Shown: positions 17,211 to 25,039, counted from the first letter of the stretch. The stretch is DNA of 32,160 nucleotides from Parcubacteria group bacterium (GCA_043826745.1 JBDRPV010000052.1:1-32160); one strand, 5' to 3'. A program made the numbers and translations. Notes: generated by a model from the letters alone, not told the origin.

Positions 17211-18050
17211 TTATAATTTACTCAATCTTTCCGCCACTTCCTCCACTAACTCCCGCGGCGTCGAAGCACCGGCCGTTATCCCCACGCTGGCCATTCCCTT
17301 AAACCAATCGTCCTCTAATTCAGCGGCCGTGTCAATCCAATAAGTTTTGTTATTTAATCCCTGGCAAATATGATAGAGTCGAGTCGTATTGCCGCTAGTT
17401 TTCGAGCCTACTACTAGCATAACCTCATTATTCTGGGCTAACTCCTTCGCTTCCTGCTGGTGGCCGCGGGTGGATTCACAAATGGTGTTAAATACTTTGA
17501 CGTCGGCGAATCGCCGCTTTAAAGCCGCCACAATTTCTGTAAAATACTCCTCATCCTGCGTAGTTTGCGACACTACCCCGATTTTAGCTTCTGCGGACAA
17601 ATCCAGCCGGGCTACTTCCTCAACTGAGGCCACTACTGCCGCCTGCCAGTCCACTGCTCCATTAATGCCTTTCACTTCAATATGATCCTGATCGCCAATG
17701 ATCACTATCTCCCGGCCTTCTGATTGCAACTTTTTGGCTAAATTGTGCACAACTGTTACCTTCGGGCAAGTGGTATCAATAATATTTAGGCCTTTCGCCG
17801 TCGCTTCTTGTAGTATTTTGGGATAAATACCGTGGGCAGTGATAATCACTGTCCCTTTCTCGGCCTCAGCTAAAGACTTAATTACCTTAATCCCCTGCTC
17901 TTTCAGCTTCTCCACTACCGTTTCATTGTGCACCAAATTACCCAACATATAGAGTGGTTGGGGGATGTCAGGACTAATCTCGGCACAAGTTTTAACGGCC
18001 CGATCAACGCCAAAGCAAAAGCCAGCGTGACGGGAAATATTTACTTTCAT
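17211..18050 (-). CDS. ispH: 4-hydroxy-3-methylbut-2-enyl diphosphate reductase (LytB)
   Basis: 279 aa. The three spaced Cys contexts typical of IspH are present (GFCFGV, TTCPKV, NTICEST), as is the LVHNETVV segment. Confidence 0.95.
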   Translation of the reverse strand: MKVNISRHAGFCFGVDRAVKTCAEISPDIPQPLYMLGNLVHNETVVEKLKEQGIKVIKSLAEAEKGTVIITAHGIYPKILQEATAKGLNIIDTTCPKVTVVHNLAKKLQSEGREIVIIGDQDHIEVKGINGAVDWQAAVVASVEEVARLDLSAEAKIGVVSQTTQDEEYFTEIVAALKRRFADVKVFNTICESTRGHQQEAKELAQNNEVMLVVGSKTSGNTTRLYHICQGLNNKTYWIDTAAELEDDWFKGMASVGITAGASTPRELVEEVAERLSKL

Positions 18051-18064
18051 GGCTAGATTATATT

Positions 18065-18126
18065 TACCCTGAGCCTGCCGCGCCCGCTGCGCTCTCGCGC
18101 AAGCGAGGCGGGCGGGTCTAAGGGTA
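18065..18126. repeat. Short GC-rich hairpin element, copy G (14 nt upstream of the ispH start)
   Basis: Arms TACCCTGAG (18065-18073) and CTAAGGGTA (18118-18126) enclose CCTGCCGCGCCCGCTGCGCTC..GCGAGGCGGGCGGG. This shares the CCCGCCCGC/GCGGGCGGG theme of copies A and B. Confidence 0.6.
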
Positions 18127-18175
18127 GTTCGACGGGCTCACCATTAACAAAATCACCCTAGCACAAATTTGCCAT

Positions 18176-18224
18176 AAAAAAAAGCGGGTGACAGGTGATG
18201 CACGAAGCATGTACCTGTACCCGC
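18176..18224 (-). terminator. Strong intrinsic terminator after the GC-rich ORF
   Basis: The minus strand reads GCGGGTACAGGTACATGCttcgtGCATCACCTGTCACCCGC followed by 8 T. The stem is about 16 bp and imperfect. Confidence 0.8.
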
Positions 18225-18248
18225 TAAGATAAGATTTGAGCAGATGTT

Positions 18249-19793
18249 TTAGAGGATCCTTTCGGATCCGTTGGAGGGATGAGTGCGGGTTTCGAACTCC
18301 CGCGCCTTGCCCTGCCGATATCGGGCGCAGCCGTAAAGCTCGAAGCAGCGCCAACCGCAGCTCGGCTTGCAATACGGCGAGCTCTGCCGATGGCATGTCT
18401 GAGACTTGTCGAACGGCTGACCCAGCAAAGTCAGAACCGTGATCACATATACGTCCTGCGCCGTAAGGCTGCAAGGCGGCATGTCCGGGTTGGTGTTCCA
18501 AGCGTTGCCGCAGGCCGTTTTGAACGGCGCCAGGAAGATGGCGCTCAGTACTTTGCCATTGAGGTCAAAGTACACGTTCCCGACCTGTTCCAGCGGATCG
18601 ATCAGCTCTGCGCGCCCATCCGGGTCACTCAGCCTGATCTCCGCCGCTCTAAGCGCCGCCGCCACCCGGTTGAGAACCATCTTCGAACGGTCCCGCTCCG
18701 TGTGTACCTGGCTTCCCTCCTTGGTTCTGGCCGTCCAGCTCCCCACGGAGACGTTGAAGTGGGTGTCGGATCGGCGGTGCTGGATGATGACCGTCTCGAC
18801 CACCGTCAGCTTGCGCTGAGCAGCGTACTCGTTGGCCTTCATCCGCGCGACCGAGCCAAAGCGATACGACTCGGACTGGCCCGCGACCACAACACACTTG
18901 GACTCCACCCACCTCACCCCATTGGCGAAAACCACCTGGGGAATGTCCAGCACGCGGAACTGGGCCGTTTCAAAGTCCCGCAGCGCCAGCTTCCACTCCA
19001 CCTCCATCCGATCCAACGCCAGCCGGCACTCATCTTGGAACTCCTTGCGCTGCTGCTTGCGAACCTTGGTTAGCTTGAGACCAGCCACCATCGGGTCCAT
19101 GAGGAAGTAGTTTTCGTTAGCGATGTCGGGACTGGCCGTATTGGTCCGCTTGGCCTTGTCCTGGGTCAGAGCGAAAACGCCCTTGAAGGCGTAAACGCAC
19201 TGCACGACAACCTTGAGGGGGTTGTTCCGATACAGCAAGTTCCAGCCAGTGATCAGGTTCCGGAGGGTGCGGGCCGTGTTGGGCCAGGAGGAGTTCCGAT
19301 AGTCCGGATCGCGAGCGATCGCGGTGCCCTGCTTATCCTGGGCGGCGATCACCTGGGCGATGCCGAGGAACCACTCGTACCCCTTCTTCAAGCCGACCAG
19401 CTCCGTCAGAATCTCGATGGTGCAGAGACTGTCCTGGCGCCCGTGGTGGTCGAGAAACCCGCCACCACAGTCAACGAAGAGGTAGCCGATCTGCTCGAGC
19501 TCCTGGGCCAAGCGACCCTGCTCAATCAGTCTCACCACGTCAAGCTTGGCCTCCTTGACCCTCTTCTCGTCCTGCCAATCCTCAATGCGCAAAGAACCTG
19601 AAGAGATCACCTTGAGGCGGTACTTTTTCTCGAGAGCGATCCGGCAAACAAAGCCGAGGGCGATGATCACCAGTGAAACCAAACACTCAATGTCCGGCCA
19701 GAAGTGGATGACTGCTGTGTGAAACTCTCCTTTTTCGGTTTGGGGTTTGACTACCTGAAACTTCTTGCTTTTCTTGTTCTTGTCCTTGGCCAC
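18249..19793 (-). CDS. Hypothetical 514-aa protein of foreign, high-GC composition. Weak DHH/MYG1-like phosphoesterase motifs in the N-terminal half.
   Basis: The uninterrupted 1.5-kb ORF has strong GC3 bias. GTG start is preceded by GGAGG. HFWPDIECLVS and FVDCGGGFLDHHG resemble the H-x-x-x-D-E and VDxGG...DHH motifs of the DHH/UPF0160 (MYG1) superfamily. The rest is unrecognised. The last ~50 aa are Cys/Arg-rich. Confidence 0.7.
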   Translation of the reverse strand: MAKDKNKKSKKFQVVKPQTEKGEFHTAVIHFWPDIECLVSLVIIALGFVCRIALEKKYRLKVISSGSLRIEDWQDEKRVKEAKLDVVRLIEQGRLAQELEQIGYLFVDCGGGFLDHHGRQDSLCTIEILTELVGLKKGYEWFLGIAQVIAAQDKQGTAIARDPDYRNSSWPNTARTLRNLITGWNLLYRNNPLKVVVQCVYAFKGVFALTQDKAKRTNTASPDIANENYFLMDPMVAGLKLTKVRKQQRKEFQDECRLALDRMEVEWKLALRDFETAQFRVLDIPQVVFANGVRWVESKCVVVAGQSESYRFGSVARMKANEYAAQRKLTVVETVIIQHRRSDTHFNVSVGSWTARTKEGSQVHTERDRSKMVLNRVAAALRAAEIRLSDPDGRAELIDPLEQVGNVYFDLNGKVLSAIFLAPFKTACGNAWNTNPDMPPCSLTAQDVYVITVLTLLGQPFDKSQTCHRQSSPYCKPSCGWRCFELYGCARYRQGKAREFETRTHPSNGSERIL

Positions 19794-19906
19794 TTTTTCC
19801 TCCAGTATCGGTAAAGCCCGCCTTCATCGACAGACTTGTTTTCGTGCGATTTTTATCTGCTCAAATTGTAAATGAGCGCACTTCGCCACCATTGGCAAAG
19901 CCCCAT

Positions 19907-19935
19907 ATTTTAACATTTATTGTATTATATGTCAA
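19907..19935 (-). promoter_or_regulatory. Consensus-like promoter for the GC-rich ORF: TTGACA-17 nt-TAAAAT
   Basis: The reverse strand reads TTGACAtataatacaataaatgtTAAAAT. It implies a 5' UTR of about 105 nt before the GTG at 19793. Confidence 0.6.
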
Positions 19936-20005
19936 TAGCTTAGTTTGCCTTATTTTAGGGCAAAAAACGGCTAAAATACCGCTATTTCACCAAATCAAAC
20001 CAACT

Positions 20006-20030
20006 AAAAATGCCCTCAATATTAAGGGCA
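20006..20030 (-). terminator. Intrinsic terminator after the GT39-like gene
   Basis: The minus strand reads TGCCCTtaatattgAGGGCA followed by TTTTT. Confidence 0.65.
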
Positions 20031-20064
20031 AAAGCAAAACACCAGTAAATTTTACCAGAACAAG

Positions 20065-21714
20065 TTATTTCCGCCGATACAACCGTACTTTTTCTTCGTC
20101 GCCTATCCCCTGGTAGCTATACTCGTGAACAATTGTAAAATTATCGGAGAAAAAGCTGCCCAACTCGTCCGCTTCTTCCGCCGCCACCTCGTAAGCTTGC
20201 AACGCCCACGCCAACGGCCCTTGATCGCCAGTTTTGGTAATTACATAGTCAGCTGCCAACAAAGACTGACGCCAATCATGGACTTTGAGCTGCCGGCTCA
20301 ACTGATAGTTGGCCTTCAGTCCTTTTAACCCGCCCTGATATTGAACCTGATTAGCTGTTAAGAAAATACTATTGGGTACCACGGCGATCATACTGACTGC
20401 CTCTGGGTCGGATTTATCCTCAACAATCTCCGCCACCAGCTGTGACAATTGAGTATGATACTGCGTGGGATAAGTGAAACCATACTGCGGATCTTTTTCG
20501 GTAACCTCCCGCAAACCGTAGACTTGCATAGCCGCTGGCCAAGCTTGAAAGTCTGTTCGCACGATCGGCACCGCCCACGACGTTTGCAGCCAGAATACAC
20601 CGGCGATTAATAGACTGACAGTAGCTGCCCCCCAGCGCAGATATTTATTCTTGAACCGGAAAACAAACATGGCGATAATTAACGCCAGCAACGGATAGAG
20701 CGGGAGAAAAAAGCGACTTTCTTTGGCGTAGAGATAAAAAGTGAGAAAAAGATAGCTCAACGTTAATACAGAAAATAGGAAAATGAATTTACGATCGCGA
20801 CGGATGGCGAGAGTTATGACCGCCGCTAAGAAAATTATCATTTGCGGCCAGCTTAGACCAGCGCTGATCGTCTTGAAATAATAAGTGAAATTGCTCCAAC
20901 TGATGAGCTTGGTAAACTTCACAAAAAATTCATTGGCGTTAGTCTCCTCGCCGACTGCTAGAACTGTCTCGTAATGAAAGTAATACCAAGGACCAGCAAT
21001 TAGGACGAATATAAGGAAAGCTAAGGCTCCATTGCGCAGGACTGTTTTGAGCAGCGGATAATCCTTTTTCTTGCGACCAATAAAATAGTAAGCCAAATAG
21101 ACTAGAATTAGTGGCGCGATAAAAGCGGGCAGCATAAATTTGGTCAGAAAAGCTAAACCTACTGCCAAGCCAAAAAGTAGCGACCATTTAGTTTCGGAAA
21201 AAAACTTAGTTTTTAACAAGCAAAAAAAGCTCAAGCCAAACATGGCCATCAGCGGATAATCCAAATCGTATGTACGAGAGAAATGAGCTGTCAGCGGAAA
21301 CAGGGCTAATAAAATACTGGCGAAAAAAGCAGCTTTATCGGAGCCCGTGAAAATCTTGGTGATAGCAAAAGTAGCCAGTTGGGCGATCACTAGAAACAAC
21401 AACAAAGAATACTGCGGCACGTCTACTAGATGGCCAAAAAATAAATAAAAAACACCCGTGACCAAGTAGGTGAAAAAAGGATAATGCGTTTCTTGGCTAA
21501 TTAATAAAGTCTCGAGTTGGCCACTGAGAACTAGCTCGGAGTCATAAACGCTACGATAAGAATGCCCGGCCATATCCCAGAGCGGCGGGCTTTGATCTTG
21601 GATAATCCAAACGATGTTGGTGGCCACTAAGACAACCAATAATCCCAAAAACAACCAGAGGGTTCTGGCTGTAAATATTCGGGGCAGTTTAAGAAGGAAA
21701 TTTGTATTCGGCAA
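20065..21714 (-). CDS. Polytopic membrane glycosyltransferase, GT39/ArnT/PMT_2-like
   Basis: 549 aa with about 11-12 hydrophobic helices followed by a soluble C-terminal ~150 aa. The architecture and composition are typical of lipid-linked-sugar (polyprenyl-phosphate) dependent GT-C enzymes. Apparent TTG start. Confidence 0.55.
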   Translation of the reverse strand: MPNTNFLLKLPRIFTARTLWLFLGLLVVLVATNIVWIIQDQSPPLWDMAGHSYRSVYDSELVLSGQLETLLISQETHYPFFTYLVTGVFYLFFGHLVDVPQYSLLLFLVIAQLATFAITKIFTGSDKAAFFASILLALFPLTAHFSRTYDLDYPLMAMFGLSFFCLLKTKFFSETKWSLLFGLAVGLAFLTKFMLPAFIAPLILVYLAYYFIGRKKKDYPLLKTVLRNGALAFLIFVLIAGPWYYFHYETVLAVGEETNANEFFVKFTKLISWSNFTYYFKTISAGLSWPQMIIFLAAVITLAIRRDRKFIFLFSVLTLSYLFLTFYLYAKESRFFLPLYPLLALIIAMFVFRFKNKYLRWGAATVSLLIAGVFWLQTSWAVPIVRTDFQAWPAAMQVYGLREVTEKDPQYGFTYPTQYHTQLSQLVAEIVEDKSDPEAVSMIAVVPNSIFLTANQVQYQGGLKGLKANYQLSRQLKVHDWRQSLLAADYVITKTGDQGPLAWALQAYEVAAEEADELGSFFSDNFTIVHEYSYQGIGDEEKVRLYRRK

Positions 21715-21825
21715 GTTGGTTGATCAATTGGCAGCTGAGATGGTTTTGCGATGGAACACTCTCGAGGAGGAAATACGGAGGTGGGTAGAATACATGAGGA
21801 TCTAGATAGTAAAAGCTATTAGATT

Positions 21826-23367
21826 TTATTCAACACACTTCGGCTCTTGAAAATTGTGTTTTAAATTTTTAGCACACAACTTCTTTCCATCACCATTCTT
21901 ACCGCCATACATAATAAGCTCAGCTCTTTCCCATGCTCTTTTCCGATACTTACAAGGCAAATGATCATCTTTAGACATGGTTAAAAGAAAAATTGCGTGC
22001 GATCCATAAGTACTTTCAAAATCCTTATCCATCATCTCTCCCTGTGTTTTTTTAACCGGTATATTGCAATTTTTATCATATTTATGAAGACTATCTGGAT
22101 ATTTGTGATTGACTTCATGGTACAATATCCCGGTATTCTGAACTAAGTTGTATGGTGTAATAGGATTAATGTTCAACATTTTTTTACAGATATAGACTCG
22201 TTTCTGGTCTTTCTTACTATAAAATGCCGCCACCTGGTCGCCCTTGCACATTTCAAGCTCTGTAGACCCATGAAGATCATGTTTTGTCATATCAAAAAAA
22301 TCAACCTCATGATCCACCATAAACTTGTAAGCAAAATGTTGTTCGTTAAATAACTGGTTAGGCACCTTTAACTTTGTGGAGGCAGATCTCAGTAACGTCA
22401 GATATTGAATCATGGGCCCAAGATTGTCATTATAAACTTTATTATTTGATTTTACTTCATTGAAACAAAACAAGGGCACGCCAAAATATTCAATTGATTC
22501 ACATTGGTTGCTATAAATTTTACTATCTAAATAGGAAAAATTTTGTTTACTAAAATCAGGATTAACGAAAAGTACAGATCTATCTTGGCTTTTGCTATTA
22601 ATTATATTTTCTTTGTTGTTCAACACTTCCGTGTGGTTGGGAAATAAAGAGCTTAACAACAGATAAAAGTCCGACCCAGAATTATATTTGCTAGCCAAAT
22701 AAATACTCTCGCAGGTATTCCCTAAGGTATGCTTAGAATCGAGAAATACAAGACTATTCGTATCCGGTATATTGACATAACAGGCACTAATTACTTCTTT
22801 GGGACTCTCCACGCAATCCAGGTCTCTTATATCGGTAATATATTTTTGTTGATCCAATTCTACTGTCATTCCCTTAAGCGCATCTCCGGGGTTACAATTC
22901 AATACCCTGCCCCGACGAGGATTTTCTTCTCGACCCTCGTCTCCTTCGCATATCTTTGTTATTCTAGTTACTTTGCCAGTTGCAGGATACAAATTGAAAC
23001 CAGTCATCAGCTTACCGGAACAATTATCTGGACCAAAGCTAATATACTGATGGGGATTCTCATCACCGACAAAACCAGACTCTATTAAACCATCAGGGCT
23101 TTCGTTCGAACCAAAACATTGCAAACCAATGTTAGTTATAGACTCCCAGTTGTGCCTTCCAGATATACCAGCAGCAAGACTGCTTCCAGGGCATTTTAAA
23201 TATTGAAGGTCAATAAATTCATCAGCAACCCTTTTTTCTTCCCAGAGTGGAAGAAGTAAAAAAGCTATCCCTCCGACAGCCAGAACCGCCAAAACGGCTA
23301 CAGCTACCTTAGTATTAGTAATTGTTTTTGTTGTTGTTTTGATGAGTTTCTTGACTATTTTTTGCAA
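21826..23367 (-). CDS. Hypothetical membrane-anchored, Cys-rich secreted protein with an HExxH motif
   Basis: 513 aa in a very AT-rich gene. N-terminal TM is VAVAVLAVLAVGGIAFLLL. Three Cys-bounded ~25-aa modules are present, and YHEVNHKYPDSLH lies in the C-terminal half. Apparent TTG start. Confidence 0.6.
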   Translation of the reverse strand: MQKIVKKLIKTTTKTITNTKVAVAVLAVLAVGGIAFLLLPLWEEKRVADEFIDLQYLKCPGSSLAAGISGRHNWESITNIGLQCFGSNESPDGLIESGFVGDENPHQYISFGPDNCSGKLMTGFNLYPATGKVTRITKICEGDEGREENPRRGRVLNCNPGDALKGMTVELDQQKYITDIRDLDCVESPKEVISACYVNIPDTNSLVFLDSKHTLGNTCESIYLASKYNSGSDFYLLLSSLFPNHTEVLNNKENIINSKSQDRSVLFVNPDFSKQNFSYLDSKIYSNQCESIEYFGVPLFCFNEVKSNNKVYNDNLGPMIQYLTLLRSASTKLKVPNQLFNEQHFAYKFMVDHEVDFFDMTKHDLHGSTELEMCKGDQVAAFYSKKDQKRVYICKKMLNINPITPYNLVQNTGILYHEVNHKYPDSLHKYDKNCNIPVKKTQGEMMDKDFESTYGSHAIFLLTMSKDDHLPCKYRKRAWERAELIMYGGKNGDGKKLCAKNLKHNFQEPKCVE

Positions 23368-23432
23368 AAATATAAATTAATAACTTCTATTTCAAAAACC
23401 CAATTGGCAGGGGCTCGTGAAAGACGTTAGAA

Positions 23433-23738
23433 CTATAATCCAGCAGCAGAGTGAGTATGTTTATGTTCCTGACCTCCTATACATTCAACTCTATCGACGG
23501 TTATAATTCTAAAAGTATTTGAATTTATCGTTATTTTAATGTGATTTTTCTCATTCAAGACATAAAAGTTTTTCCCTATTTTTAAAAAAAACTTTTCTTC
23601 AGTTTCTTTCAAAATTTTAAGTATGAATTTTTCAATTTGTCCTCTTGAAAGATTGATATTAAGTTTTTTATTTATTCTGCCGTAAACAAGTTCTGTATAA
23701 CAAATGCTATTTAAAATCTCCTGTTTGTTTATGTTCAT
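23433..23738 (-). CDS. Small DUF3781-like protein
   Basis: 101 aa. CYTELVYGRINKKLNI ... KIGKNFYV ... ITINSNTFRIITV matches my recollection of the DUF3781 pattern (YT..a..RI.rNL ... GKNwYv ... itvNa.syTIITAH). This has not been verified by a search. Confidence 0.5.
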   Translation of the reverse strand: MNINKQEILNSICYTELVYGRINKKLNINLSRGQIEKFILKILKETEEKFFLKIGKNFYVLNEKNHIKITINSNTFRIITVDRVECIGGQEHKHTHSAAGL

Positions 23739-23803
23739 AATATTTTTCCTATAAGTCTTTGTCTAGGTTAACTTTATCAGATTTTACCCTACCCCTCAAC
23801 TCA

Positions 23804-24985
23804 CTATATATTTTCCTCCTTAATAAACATAAACAAGATGGGCACGACGAACATTAAACCTATCCCAATCATGTAGGCCGTGTTGATACTATATAAATCA
23901 GCCAAGTATCCCACAAGCGGTATAGCGACAGCAATTCCAATTTGACTGACGAAACTATTCATTGAGTTTATCGTAGCCCGATAGCTAGAAGGAATACTTT
24001 TATTTATAAGATAATCGATAATGGTGTTCCGTATGCCAAACAGAAGCGACGTGCTTGCCAGCAATCCAGCCGCTAAATATTTGTGCGTTAAGGTTGCAAT
24101 AATACCCAAAGCTGCCGAGATTATTATCGATACTATCAGTGTCTTCTTGTTACCAAACTTTTCGGAAACACTATGGGCAATATAAAAACTAATGGCAGAT
24201 AATCCAAAGACTAAAGCGGAAAAATATCCAAAATATTCAATCGGGATTTCTTTATACTTAAAAAATAATGGCTTCAGTTGATGTAAGCTCTCTCCCAGAG
24301 ACATTAGCAAAAGCCAACCGATGACTAATATTAATAATTGCTTACTTTTAATTATAACTTTACTAGCGGCTTTGATATGCCCAAGTATACTAGTGTCACT
24401 CGGCTTCTGGTATTTTGGTTCCTTTAAAAATAACACCAGAATGAAAGCAATAGCCATTGGGATAAAAGTATAGGCGACTGTGGCTTCAAGTGACACCTTA
24501 GCTATGTAGCCACCTATTATTGAGCCAATTGAGGCTCCGAGCGGCCAAAGGGAATATAATGTTCCAATAACTTTTTTATAGTATTTATCTTTACCTTCTT
24601 CCTTAAGAGTATCATATAAAAACGCTTGGTGGTTGCCACTGCCTAGCGCCATAGCAAAACCATTAATTATTGCGTAGCCGATAAACATCACTATGCTGCC
24701 ACCAATAAGTAAGAAAATTAAAGCAATAAAAGTAATCACAAAATCAATAATAAGTACTTTCTTTCTGCCAAAGATATCTGACAAAGCACCGGTGGGAATT
24801 TCAAAAATCGCCACCGCAATTGCCTCAACCGCAAAGATAATTGCCACATTCTTAATTGAAAATAGGTCTTGCTCAAAATACAAAGCAAGTATTGGTAAAA
24901 AAAACAACACGCCACTAAATAATCCAATGGCGTACATCAGCGGTATGTTGCGAGATTTGATGTTGTATTTTTTTAGGAAAAACAT
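23804..24985 (-). CDS. MFS transporter
   Basis: 393 aa with about 12 TM segments and the motif-A-like GALSDIFGRKKVL between TM2 and TM3. Confidence 0.8.
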   Translation of the reverse strand: MFFLKKYNIKSRNIPLMYAIGLFSGVLFFLPILALYFEQDLFSIKNVAIIFAVEAIAVAIFEIPTGALSDIFGRKKVLIIDFVITFIALIFLLIGGSIVMFIGYAIINGFAMALGSGNHQAFLYDTLKEEGKDKYYKKVIGTLYSLWPLGASIGSIIGGYIAKVSLEATVAYTFIPMAIAFILVLFLKEPKYQKPSDTSILGHIKAASKVIIKSKQLLILVIGWLLLMSLGESLHQLKPLFFKYKEIPIEYFGYFSALVFGLSAISFYIAHSVSEKFGNKKTLIVSIIISAALGIIATLTHKYLAAGLLASTSLLFGIRNTIIDYLINKSIPSSYRATINSMNSFVSQIGIAVAIPLVGYLADLYSINTAYMIGIGLMFVVPILFMFIKEENI

Positions 24986-25039
24986 AAATAGATTGCATCA
25001 TTACTGCGGCAAAAGTTCGATCCTCCCCCTCCCCCATCA

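Noticed and set aside
11505-18126. The repeated GC-rich elements as a CRISPR array.
   Set aside because: The copies are 60-210 bp, internally palindromic, separated by whole genes and partly inverted relative to one another. There is no regular short repeat-spacer periodicity and there are no cas genes.
18283-18301. tRNA/tmRNA-like T-arm GCGGGAGTTCGAAACCCGC (minus strand), with ...CATCCCTCCA downstream, as a possible tRNA gene or att remnant.
   Set aside because: With G53/C61 placed around TTCGAAA the 5-bp T-stem does not pair (GGGAG versus CCCGC register). There is no matching acceptor 5' strand or anticodon arm upstream, and I could find no tmRNA tag or pseudoknot features. I kept it only as part of the structured-tail observation.
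18118-19110. Multiple overlapping ORFs on both strands: 18279-19073 (+, 264 aa), 18439-18819 (+), 18832-19110 (+), 18649-18912 (-), 18118-18501 (-) and 18236-18442 (+).
   Set aside because: All lie inside or antisense to the 1.5-kb GC-rich ORF. Their products are Arg/Leu/Pro/Gly-rich shadow translations typical of stop-poor alternative frames in high-GC DNA. Only the 514-aa frame spans the whole GC-rich block and has a promoter, an SD and a terminator.
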